The notes: generated by a model not told the origin, from the letters alone. DNA of 64,000 nucleotides from an uncultured Alphaproteobacteria bacterium (GCA_944392315.1 CALXWH010000023.1:5991-69990); one strand, 5' to 3'; positions 46,259 to 54,074 are shown, numbered from the stretch's first letter. Made by a program: numbers and translations.

Positions 46259-47782
46259 ATGGATAATCAAGATGTCTCCAGAGTAAAAGCAAAGGGCAGA
46301 GTGGAACTGCTGTTTTTGTTTTTGATGTTGGTTTTAGTGGTTGGCGGGGTGGCCGAATATCGTCATGCTGTGTCGCCAATGTCTTCGGCTACGGTTATTT
46401 TTGACTATAATGAAACAGAGGGTGAGGTTGTGAAAGAGAAGGTGGTACCTTCTGCTACTATTAAAGCACCTCTTGAGGCCAAAGCGCCGGTTTCTGAACT
46501 TAATGCGCCGAAAGCACAAGATATTGCTATTCCTGAGGTGAAAAAGGAAAATGTTGCGGAGCCGTCTTTGGGGCAAAAGTTAGCGCAAAGTTTGGAGAAA
46601 TCACAACAAAATGTTGAAGCTAAGGAAAATAATTCTGCTTTAACCGAAAATGAAAAAGCTCCGGAAAATAAAGAGGCGGTTCTATCTAAAGAGGTTTCTT
46701 CACACGATGGGGCGGCGGAATTAACGCAATCTTTGCAAGAAATTCATCAAAAGGCGGAAAATATCTCACGGCCGCAATCGGCTTTGGGGCAAATTAAAGA
46801 GCGTCCTCTTGCAAAACCGGTTCAAGCTCAACCGCAGCCTGTGTTTGAAGCCGGAAAAATTGAAATTTATGATAGCGACAAAGGCGTTGTTGCCGTGCAA
46901 GAAAGTGTGGAGGTGATTGCAACACCCAAAGCTGAAACTCCGGAAACGCATACGTCTCAATCAGCGCAAAATGTTCAGACGGTTTCAAACTCTCCAGAAG
47001 TTGTAGCAATTGAGGCAGAGCCGCTGGTTGTAAAAACGGATGAAACGACTGTCAAAGAGGTTAAACCTTCGCAAGATAAGGCTGTGGAGCAGGTATCTCA
47101 GGCAGTAACAGTTGCGGCAGATGCAAAAGCCAAAGAAACTAAGCCAGAGAATACGTCTCAAGAGGCAAAAGTTGTTGAAGAGGGTAAAGAGGCTTCTTAT
47201 AATCAGCCAACGCTATTAGTACCGGTGGCTAGAGAAGGAGCTGAGCCTCTTAAAGCGTCAATAAAAGAAGAGGCGAATAAAGAAAATCTTTCTTCTAACG
47301 CGTCTTCGGATAAGGCGCCGGTTGATATGATAAAAGCACTGCAGGACAAAAAGGAACGGTTGCAGGATAATGTGCAAAAGACAGTGTCTGAAAAGGTTGA
47401 GCTTGTTCAAGAAAAGTCTCAAAATATTCAAAGTGCTCTTGATGAAAAAAAGGCTTTGGCGGTGCAGGCTTCAGATGAAGTTGCTTCTTCTGTTCAAGCT
47501 CGTGAAGAACAAGTTACGCGTAGTCAAAAAGCTAATGAGGCGTTAGAGAATTTGTTTAAGAAAATGTCTGAGCCGAATGCTTTGAACAGTTCTTCTGTTT
47601 CTGTTGAGCCGGATGCTTCTGACAAGGCTTCTTTGGGTGAAAAAGCAAGTGAATCGGTGAAAGATGAAAACTCATCCGTTCAACCTGTTGAAAATAATGT
47701 AAAAAACAGTTCTGCTCCATCTGGTGAAAATGCAGATGCCGGGGCGGTTGATTTGATGAAAGCGATTGTTTCGCGAAAATGA
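46259..47782 (+). CDS. Membrane-anchored, intrinsically disordered E/K/A/V/S/Q-rich protein
   Basis: It has a single N-terminal TM helix (VELLFLFLMLVLVVGGVA) followed by ~460 low-complexity acidic residues. It has its own promoter. Confidence 0.6.
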   Translation: MDNQDVSRVKAKGRVELLFLFLMLVLVVGGVAEYRHAVSPMSSATVIFDYNETEGEVVKEKVVPSATIKAPLEAKAPVSELNAPKAQDIAIPEVKKENVAEPSLGQKLAQSLEKSQQNVEAKENNSALTENEKAPENKEAVLSKEVSSHDGAAELTQSLQEIHQKAENISRPQSALGQIKERPLAKPVQAQPQPVFEAGKIEIYDSDKGVVAVQESVEVIATPKAETPETHTSQSAQNVQTVSNSPEVVAIEAEPLVVKTDETTVKEVKPSQDKAVEQVSQAVTVAADAKAKETKPENTSQEAKVVEEGKEASYNQPTLLVPVAREGAEPLKASIKEEANKENLSSNASSDKAPVDMIKALQDKKERLQDNVQKTVSEKVELVQEKSQNIQSALDEKKALAVQASDEVASSVQAREEQVTRSQKANEALENLFKKMSEPNALNSSSVSVEPDASDKASLGEKASESVKDENSSVQPVENNVKNSSAPSGENADAGAVDLMKAIVSRK

Positions 47783-47881
47783 CTGTTGAAGTTAAGTGAG
47801 AATTTCTTGTAACTAACTTATTGATATTATTATGCTTATTTGATTTATACGCAAAAATGTGAAAAAAATAAAAAGAAAGTG

Positions 47882-47910
47882 TTGACTTATTATTTTTTTC
47901 TATATATAAA
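47882..47910 (+). promoter_or_regulatory. Promoter of tRNA-Glu
   Basis: TTGACT (47882-47887), 17-nt spacer, TATAAA (47905-47910), about 20 nt upstream of the mature tRNA 5' end. Confidence 0.55.
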
Positions 47911-47929
47911 CGCTTTTGTTCCAATCATT

Positions 47930-48004
47930 GGTCCCATCGTCTAGTGGTTAGGACATCGCCCTTTCACGGCGGTAACATGGGTTCAAATCCCGTTGGGATC
48001 ACCA
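47930..48004 (+). tRNA. tRNA-Glu (TTC)
   Basis: GGTCCCATCGTCTAGTGGTTAGGACATCGCCCTTTCACGGCGGTAACATGGGTTCAAATCCCGTTGGGATCACCA is a 75-nt cloverleaf with anticodon loop CTTTCAC and CCA encoded. Confidence 0.92.
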
Positions 48005-48045
48005 ATTCAAATAGCACTCTTTAAAAGGAGTGCTTTTTTGTATCT
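47989..48045 (+). repeat. att-like direct repeat copy 1 (last 16 nt of tRNA-Glu plus its terminator hairpin)
   Basis: cccgttgggatcaccaattcaaatagcactctttaaaaggagtgcttttttgtatct. Compare copy 2 at 48212. Confidence 0.85.
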
Positions 48046-48211
48046 AAATCTATTTTTTGGGGATTTGAACCCATCGCTTTTAACAAAGCGAATGGAGTTG
48101 CTCTCAATTCCGACTAAATTTTTCAGTAGCGGCATTTGCACTTGCTCTGAAAAATAAGTCTCATTGCGTCTCCTTAGAAAAAGTACATAAGGGTACTTTT
48201 TCTTGCGGCCG

Positions 48212-48269
48212 CCCATTGGGATCACCAATTCAAATAGCGCTCTCTAGAAGGAGTGCTTTTTTTGTATCT
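48212..48269 (+). repeat. att-like direct repeat copy 2
   Basis: cccattgggatcaccaattcaaatagcgctctctagaaggagtgctttttttgtatct differs from copy 1 by 4 substitutions and a one-T run-length change (counted by eye). Confidence 0.85.
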
Positions 48270-48369
48270 GATTATTTGTGTCTTGAGCTGTATATGAGAG
48301 TACGGCTCTTTGGCTTAAATGAGACGGTTGGCAAAATGTTAGCCGTCTTTTTTATGAAAGGAATTTAAT

Positions 48370-48900
48370 ATGTCTGATTTTGATTTTTTTATGGAAATAC
48401 CTAGTGAGTTAAATATTACAGATCATCAACGAGAGGCAATTAATAAGCTTGATTTATCCAATCGCCGGACAGTGATTAAGATGTTGATGAAAGAGCAGGG
48501 AATTGATGAGACAAAAGAAACCCAACATTATGGAGATGCCACAGCAAAAGAACTTGACAATTATATAAAAGATTATCAATATCCTAAAGGTAAAGTTAGA
48601 AGTGGCTTGGTTGCTCCTGTTAAAGATTTATGGCGTAATTTTAATAAAATGAATGAACTTGAATTGAAGACTAGCGATACGTTCTTTCATTGTAAAGCTC
48701 ATTACGAGGCAGCTTCTCGGGGAAAGTATGGCTCCGTTGTATCAACTATTGGAGGGTATTTGAAAGAGGCAAAAGATATTTTTAAATATCCAATAGATGA
48801 TTGTGAGCGTGATTTAGGGGCAAATGCTCGTGGGAGAGAACGGGCTAGACAAGGAAAAAGTTTACAAGAAACGAGTCCTGCACACTATAAAAGATATTGA
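48370..48900 (+). CDS. Serum amyloid A (SAA)-like domain protein
   Basis: The C-terminal ~100 aa, VKDLWRNFNKMNELELKTSDTFFHCKAHYEAASRGKYGSVVSTIGGYLKEAKDIF...DLGANARGRERARQGKS, align motif by motif with vertebrate SAA ([51 protein letters not shown]...ADQAANEWGRSGKDP). The N-terminal ~70 aa are unassigned and there is no signal peptide. Confidence 0.7.
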   Translation: MSDFDFFMEIPSELNITDHQREAINKLDLSNRRTVIKMLMKEQGIDETKETQHYGDATAKELDNYIKDYQYPKGKVRSGLVAPVKDLWRNFNKMNELELKTSDTFFHCKAHYEAASRGKYGSVVSTIGGYLKEAKDIFKYPIDDCERDLGANARGRERARQGKSLQETSPAHYKRY

Positions 48901-48907
48901 AGAGGAA

Positions 48908-49270
48908 ATGCATAAAATGACAAAAATAACATTGCAAAAGGTAATATTCCTGAGTTTTAAGTTCATTATTCTATCTTTATTATTGATGGCGTTTTTAGAA
49001 GATTATTTTATTGTTCAAAACTCAATAGGGGGGATTGTTTTATTTGCATATGCCTTTGTAATGCTTGTTTGTTTTATTTCTTTAGGTTGCGCTTTCTTTT
49101 TTAGATTTCGTTATAAACGTATTCTATACATCATCTCGGTAGTGTCTTTTATAGGGTATTGTGCCATGAATAATCTGGTGTCAGGTATTTATGAAGCAAG
49201 AACGGTGGCTTTTTGTTTGCAAAATGGTCAAGTATATGATTACAATGAGCATAGATGCCGTACTGACTAA
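48908..49270 (+). CDS. Small membrane protein (3 TM segments) with a Cys-containing tail
   Basis: ATG 48908 has GAGGAA upstream and lies 8 nt after the stop of the SAA-like gene. MHKMTKITLQKVIFLSFKFIILSLLLMAF... Confidence 0.6.
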   Translation: MHKMTKITLQKVIFLSFKFIILSLLLMAFLEDYFIVQNSIGGIVLFAYAFVMLVCFISLGCAFFFRFRYKRILYIISVVSFIGYCAMNNLVSGIYEARTVAFCLQNGQVYDYNEHRCRTD

Positions 49271-49299
49271 TAGCGCTCTTTTTTTGGGGTGCTTTTTTT
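49269..49299 (+). repeat. Third, partial copy of the tRNA-Glu terminator repeat (functions as the terminator of the two-gene cassette)
   Basis: aatagcgctctttttttggggtgcttttttt shares aatagcgctct and g(g/a)gtgcttttttt with copies 1 and 2, but lacks the tRNA-derived part. Confidence 0.5.
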
Positions 49300-49466
49300 A
49301 TTGGTTGGAATATTTTAGGATGCAAGGAAGTAATCTGATGTTTTTTATGGCTTGACAAAGGGGAATTTTATAGCTATATACCCATATGGGTATTGTGATC
49401 AAGGGTATCTTGCTCTTAAATACTAAATTTTTTAATAGGTTTGATGAATAATTTTAGGAGGATTTG

Positions 49467-50252
49467 ATGCAATTTCAACAAATTCGCGGTGCAACGGTTA
49501 AACTTATGTATGGCGGATGTACGTTTTTGATTGATCCGTTTTTTGCGCCAAAAGATTTTTATCCGCCATTGGAAGTTTGTCATTTTCCGGATAAGCGTTG
49601 GCCGACGGCTGACCTTCCGCTGGAGGGTGAAAAAATTGTGCAAGACGTTGATGCCGTTATTGTGACGCATATGCATCCGGATCATTTTGACGAATTTGCC
49701 GCAAAAGTATTGGCTAAAAACATACCGCTGTTTGTGCAAGATGAAACAGATGCCGAAATGATTAAGGCGTTTGGCTTTTCTGATGTGCGGCGGCTCAGCT
49801 ATGATGGAGTGCGCTTTAATGACGTGACGTTATTTAGGGTGGATTGTTTGCACGGACATCCGGAAACAACACAAAAATATTATGACGCAACTCACTTGCG
49901 CGCGACGGCAAGCGGGGTGGTTTTTGAAAACAAGGATGAAAAGACATTTTATTTGGCCGGTGATACAATTTGGTTTGATAATGTTGAAAAGACGCTCAAA
50001 AAATATCATCCTGAAATCATTGCGCTTAACGCTGCCGATGCTCAATTTACAGATAGTGGCTCTATCATTATGGGGCTTGAGGATATGAGGCAAGTTTGTT
50101 TGGCCGCGCCAGAGGCAAAAGTGATTATTACGCACTTGGATGCGGTTCCGCATGCGATGATCGGGCGTCATGAGGTTAAAGATTTTGTTTCTAAACATCA
50201 TTTAGATGCGCAAGTTATTGTGCCCGATGACGGTGAAATCGTTTCTTTGTAA
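49467..50252 (+). CDS. MBL-fold metallo-hydrolase
   Basis: AGGAGG is the SD. VIVTHMHPDHFDEF is the HxHxDH zinc motif, and the later GDT and H residues fit the beta-lactamase fold. Confidence 0.8.
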   Translation: MQFQQIRGATVKLMYGGCTFLIDPFFAPKDFYPPLEVCHFPDKRWPTADLPLEGEKIVQDVDAVIVTHMHPDHFDEFAAKVLAKNIPLFVQDETDAEMIKAFGFSDVRRLSYDGVRFNDVTLFRVDCLHGHPETTQKYYDATHLRATASGVVFENKDEKTFYLAGDTIWFDNVEKTLKKYHPEIIALNAADAQFTDSGSIIMGLEDMRQVCLAAPEAKVIITHLDAVPHAMIGRHEVKDFVSKHHLDAQVIVPDDGEIVSL

Positions 50253-50432
50253 TATCGGACAATTGATTTAAGAGAAAAGGAGGGCTTAGCTCTCCTTTCT
50301 TGTTACCTACCAGGGGTATTTGTGATAATTTTTGAAGAGTTTTCTGGAGGGGGAAAGCTAATTGGTTGGTTAAAAAACTATTGATTAAATCTTTAAAATG
50401 GCGTATACTTAAGCTCTAAAACATTTATTATT

Positions 50433-50873
50433 ATGAGAAGAAAAATATATATTTTCATCATGGCGGCGATAGCTGCTGTGATGATGACAAGCTGCTATTC
50501 ACTGGCGGTTTTGTCACACGATATCGCCTATATGGAGGCTGTCGGAAATTATGGGTGTTATGGTCCGCTTTATTCCAGATATTCGGTTTATTGCGGTAGT
50601 GTTTACCTTCCACAGTACAACTGTACCGTTTGGGGTGGTGAACATCCATATCAGCTCCAAATTGGTTCTCTGATTATATCTTTGGATCAGGGAAATAATA
50701 TTGTGGTTCGCGAAGGAAACGGCTATACTGTCGTCATTCCCGAGCGCGGTGAAAAAAAGTATAGAGTTAATGGGTATTTGGTGGAAGTTCTCAACGCCGG
50801 TTGGGAAAGTGTCTACATTACAAACCCATACGGATACCGCAAGCAGTTCATTCTGCTGCCGTATCAACGATAG
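50433..50873 (+). CDS. Putative lipoprotein, unknown function
   Basis: Signal peptide with lipobox-like VMMTSC. 146 aa, Y/G-rich. Confidence 0.6.
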   Translation: MRRKIYIFIMAAIAAVMMTSCYSLAVLSHDIAYMEAVGNYGCYGPLYSRYSVYCGSVYLPQYNCTVWGGEHPYQLQIGSLIISLDQGNNIVVREGNGYTVVIPERGEKKYRVNGYLVEVLNAGWESVYITNPYGYRKQFILLPYQR

Positions 50874-51052
50874 GCTCTATAACAGAAGGAGGGGAGAGGC
50901 AATATGCTTCTCCTTTTTTTGTCTTTTTACCTTTTTTATCTATTTTTTTATGTAGGATACGAAAAAAACAGCGTATTATTTTATAAATCGCTGGACAAGG
51001 CGGGCTTGTTTTTCTACATTGGTATCAGTTGTTTATTTATTCTGATATCATT

Positions 51053-51523
51053 ATGAAAAGAGTTATTAAAATTGGAACTGTTCTGACGATAGTCTGGGCT
51101 TTTCTGTGCGTTCTCTTGACTGGGTGCGCTTTGATGGTTGGTACTGGCGGAGGTAAATCTATTTACTCTTCCTGGAAGGAACTTTATCATGATGGCGAAA
51201 AGTATTTAATCAGTCCGCACGGACAGGATGAATTCTTTTTGAAAAATTATGATACTTTCTTGTGGGGGGCGATTGAAAACCCCAGATGTTTGGCGGTCGG
51301 ATATTTGTTTTTGCGCTACAAAGGATTTCCGTACTTCAGCGTTTATCGGAAAGGGAACGATACAATGTTGGATGTGCGGAAAGTGCAGGAAAAAAGTTTT
51401 GTGGAAGATGGATATAAAGTCCTCTTGCAAATTCGGTATGCCGATTGTCAGAAGGCTTTTGTGACGGTGACTAACCCTAAGGGCAAATCTAAAATTTTTG
51501 AGATGTTGCTCAAAGATAAATAA
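51053..51523 (+). CDS. Putative lipoprotein, distant paralog of 50433-50873
   Basis: MKRVIKIGTVLTIVWAFLCVLLTGC has a lipobox (LTGC). The C-terminus GYKVLLQIRYADCQKAFVTVTNPKGKSKIFEMLL resembles GYLVEVLNAGWESVYITNPYGYRKQFILL in the upstream gene. Confidence 0.6.
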   Translation: MKRVIKIGTVLTIVWAFLCVLLTGCALMVGTGGGKSIYSSWKELYHDGEKYLISPHGQDEFFLKNYDTFLWGAIENPRCLAVGYLFLRYKGFPYFSVYRKGNDTMLDVRKVQEKSFVEDGYKVLLQIRYADCQKAFVTVTNPKGKSKIFEMLLKDK

Positions 51524-51625
51524 GGGCTCTTTTCTGAGCTATTTATTATGGATAAGTCACGGCAGGCAAGCTACGGTTCAAAGAGGAGGGGAAAACTCCT
51601 CTTTTTTTGTATCTAAAAAATAGGC

Positions 51626-52774
51626 TTAAAGAGAGTTTAGGTGGCAATAGCCTTTTTTATTTAGTGTGTCATAGAGCTTTTGCGCGGCGTTTTGCGTTGT
51701 TTGCGATATTTGCGTTTGTGAAGCCTTGGCTAAAATCTTTTGATAGGGGGCTAATAACTCTTTAACTTCGGCTTCCGGAAAGATGCAGACGGTTTCATAG
51801 GCTTCATAATAATCCGGACGTGAAACAGTTTCCATGAATTTTAGCACACAATCTTGGTCTTGATTATGCGAGGTGGTTTGTTTGGTCATTTGGATATTGT
51901 TTATCATTTGATTTTGGATGGGGGATTGATAGTCATCTTCTTCTTTGAGGCATTTGCTTAGCGCAAACAGGACATAACTGAGGTCCGGCGTGGAAACATA
52001 TTTGGCAATTTGCGGATCGGCGGCAAAGGTGCTCAGTTGGTCGTAATTTGTGAGCTTATAGATATCTGACATCGGAATGTGATAAATGAAAGTTCCGCTG
52101 TCTATGACGCAGGTGTTTGCCTCTTTGCCGATGATTTTTATCGGCTTGCTTAAATAGGGTGTTTTGATATATTCTTGCGCCGGCGTGCAGGTCTTTAATT
52201 TGTTTTGAAAATTTTCGGAAAATGTCAGCACATATTCGTTGAAAAGTTTTTGTTCACTCTCATTTGGTTCTTCATAGTCTGATGTGCAGGCGTTGTGTTT
52301 TAATTTGGTGAGGGCAATGTTAAAAGCCGTGTCAGTCATGGTCATGGGCGTGAGGGCTTGATGAAGCGTTCCGTTTTCATCTTCATATTCTTCTTTGATG
52401 CTAAAAGTTGAGGTTATCGGTTCGGCGGATTGGTTGAGCATGGCTTGATAGAGCTCGTTTCGTTCGGCACGGCTTAATTTACACTTATAGACGGTTTTGC
52501 CCATGTCTTGAGTTTTATGCGTGACGGAGGCGTGGCAGAGGTTATCGGCCATGATACCGTTGATGCGGATATTGAAACGCTGGCAAATTGCCTCGGATGA
52601 GGTTAAATCCGGATTGATTTTTGTAAACTCTTCATTGTATTTATAGCAATTTTTCACGGCATTCAGAAGCGGGGCGCTGAAGTTATAAATCGGATAGGTC
52701 TTGGCCCAAGTTGCTGTTTGGGGGGAAATAAAAGTGCTTATCAAAAATGAGGCTAAAAAAATTTTTTTCATCAT
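51626..52774 (-). CDS. Secreted protein, unknown function
   Basis: Signal peptide MMKKIFLASFLISTFISPQTATWA. 382 aa with several Cys. No family recognised. Confidence 0.7.
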   Translation of the reverse strand: MMKKIFLASFLISTFISPQTATWAKTYPIYNFSAPLLNAVKNCYKYNEEFTKINPDLTSSEAICQRFNIRINGIMADNLCHASVTHKTQDMGKTVYKCKLSRAERNELYQAMLNQSAEPITSTFSIKEEYEDENGTLHQALTPMTMTDTAFNIALTKLKHNACTSDYEEPNESEQKLFNEYVLTFSENFQNKLKTCTPAQEYIKTPYLSKPIKIIGKEANTCVIDSGTFIYHIPMSDIYKLTNYDQLSTFAADPQIAKYVSTPDLSYVLFALSKCLKEEDDYQSPIQNQMINNIQMTKQTTSHNQDQDCVLKFMETVSRPDYYEAYETVCIFPEAEVKELLAPYQKILAKASQTQISQTTQNAAQKLYDTLNKKGYCHLNSL

Positions 52775-52855
52775 CGGAATCCTTTCTTTTCCTTTAGTTT
52801 AGACGGTTCTTCTTAATATGGACTTACAAAAAATATTTTTTATTTAGCCAAAAGT

Positions 52856-52884
52856 CTTGATTTTGTGTTTTTCACTTCCTAATT
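52856..52884 (+). promoter_or_regulatory. Possible RpoH (sigma32)-type heat-shock promoter of the Hsp20 gene
   Basis: CTTG (52856-52859), 18 nt, then CCTAATT (52878-52884). The alphaproteobacterial consensus is CTTG-N17/18-CYTATNT, giving 6 of 7 matches in the -10 element. Confidence 0.35.
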
Positions 52885-52957
52885 GATTATTAGAACATGA
52901 TGCGAACACGCTGCTGAGCAGTGAGATGAACGCAAAATTGAATTGGAGGATAAAATA

Positions 52958-53440
52958 ATGTCAGATTCTATGATTACACGTAAAGATAATAACCACAATA
53001 ATGTCGCTTCTCGTTACGGCTATCGTAAAGACTTCAACGATATGGTTAACAACTTCTTTAATAACTGGTTGGACTTCCCTTATGAAAGCAATGCCGTTAA
53101 AGCGGTTGAACCGAAGTTGGAAGTCAGCGAAGATGAAAACGAAGTTAAAGTTTCTGCCGAATTGCCGGGGATGAACGAAAAAGATGTTGATTTGGAAATT
53201 TCTGCTGACGGATATTTGACAATTTCCGGTGAAAAGAAACAAGAACATAAAGAACACGGTAAAGGCAGCTATTTCTCTGAATTTTCTTATGGCTCATTCA
53301 AACGTACGGTCGCTCTTCCTTGGGATTTGCGCTTTGATGATGCTAAGGCTGAATTCAATAACGGCGTTTTGACGGTTATTGTTCCTAAGTCTCAGGATGA
53401 AAAAGGTAAAAAACGTAAAATTGAAATCACCAAGAAATAA
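52958..53440 (+). CDS. Small heat-shock protein, Hsp20/alpha-crystallin family
   Basis: ATG 52958 has GGAGG upstream. VSEDENEVKVSAELPGMNEKDVDLEISADGYLTISGEKK...FKRTVALPWDL...AEFNNGVLTVIVPK is the alpha-crystallin domain. Confidence 0.9.
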   Translation: MSDSMITRKDNNHNNVASRYGYRKDFNDMVNNFFNNWLDFPYESNAVKAVEPKLEVSEDENEVKVSAELPGMNEKDVDLEISADGYLTISGEKKQEHKEHGKGSYFSEFSYGSFKRTVALPWDLRFDDAKAEFNNGVLTVIVPKSQDEKGKKRKIEITKK

Positions 53441-53461
53441 GGTTTAAACCTTTGTTGTCAA

Positions 53462-53495
53462 CGCCTTGTCGCTCTGCGCGGCAGGGCGCTTTTTT
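53462..53495 (+). terminator. Intrinsic terminator of the Hsp20 gene
   Basis: 10-bp stem CGCCUUGUCG/CGGCAGGGCG (two G-U pairs), a 7-nt loop, then a T-run. Confidence 0.6.
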
Positions 53496-53508
53496 GTGTC
53501 TTTATCGG

Positions 53509-53537
53509 TTGACACAGTGTTGAAAACGTGGTACATT
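53509..53537 (+). promoter_or_regulatory. Sigma70-type promoter of membrane-protein paralog 1
   Basis: TTGACA, 17 nt, TACATT. The ATG follows 42 nt downstream. Confidence 0.5.
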
Positions 53538-53578
53538 CTTTTTTGTCAAATTATATTTATAACTTAAAAAATTTTATT

Positions 53579-54025
53579 ATGGGAAATTTATTATTTTATG
53601 GGGCACTGGTTCTGTTAGGAATTAGTGTTGTTTTGTTTTTTCTTCAGCAAATTGTGTGTTCTGGGAAAGATTTGGATATCTTTAAGAAATTGCTAAAAGA
53701 TAGAAATTATCCTGTTGAATTTGCCGAGAAATCTTTTTTATATAAAGTTGAGGGACGAGATGATTTTAATTCTTGTTGGATTAAAATTATCTGTCGGAAG
53801 CGAACCGTTACAGAAGAAACTTTGTTGCATCACGCTAAATGGATGGGACGATGCGGCGGGTTTGCTTTATTTCTTTCGTTTTCAAAATTATCGCCATTTT
53901 TAACTTTTCTGTTAGCAATTTTGTTTGCTTTCAGTATTGTGGGAATTTATCGCGGTTTTATTGCCTGCTTTTTTGAAATTAAGAAATATAAAAAGGCTTG
54001 GCGATTGTATAAATCTCAACGATAA
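53579..54025 (+). CDS. Small membrane protein, paralog 1 of a tandem pair
   Basis: MGNLLFYGALVLLGISVVLFFLQQIV...KDRNYPVEFAEKSF... contains one N-terminal and two C-terminal TM segments. It ends ...IKKYKKAWRLYKSQR. Confidence 0.6.
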   Translation: MGNLLFYGALVLLGISVVLFFLQQIVCSGKDLDIFKKLLKDRNYPVEFAEKSFLYKVEGRDDFNSCWIKIICRKRTVTEETLLHHAKWMGRCGGFALFLSFSKLSPFLTFLLAILFAFSIVGIYRGFIACFFEIKKYKKAWRLYKSQR

Positions 54026-54074
54026 TTTTAATCAAAAGTTTTTAGGAGTGCTCATCGGCACTCTTTTTTTGTGG

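Larger units (their letters stand above)
26915..47782 (+). mobile_element. Podovirus-type virion-module gene cluster (cryptic prophage remnant or domesticated/GTA-like particle locus)
   Basis: About 20 co-oriented, tightly packed ORFs, mostly with good SD sequences. Order: TerS, TerL, portal, Bbp19-like, scaffold, capsid, decoration, gp11-like adaptor, gp12-like nozzle, ejection proteins. I recognised no integrase, repressor, replication, lysis or fibre genes. It is flanked by chromosomal genes. Confidence 0.75.

Noticed and set aside
26915-47782. Diversity-generating retroelement, as in BPP-1-like phages
   Set aside because: Some genes look BPP-1-like, so I searched for a reverse transcriptase ORF and template/variable repeat pairs. 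None was seen.
48046-48211. Possible pseudo-tRNA on the minus strand between the att-like repeats
   Set aside because: An inverted copy of the tRNA-Glu T-arm (gggttcaaatccc) is present. However, the flanks do not give a paired T stem, an acceptor stem or a 7-nt anticodon loop (only a TCGCTTT/AAAGCGA hairpin with a 4-nt loop). It is a fragment, not a tRNA gene.
52885-52957. ROSE-type RNA thermometer in the Hsp20 leader
   Set aside because: The ~65-nt leader has a small hairpin (CTGCTgaGCAG), but I could not find the U(U/C)GCU anti-SD stretch pairing with the GGAGG, nor the multi-hairpin ROSE layout. It would need proper folding to revisit.
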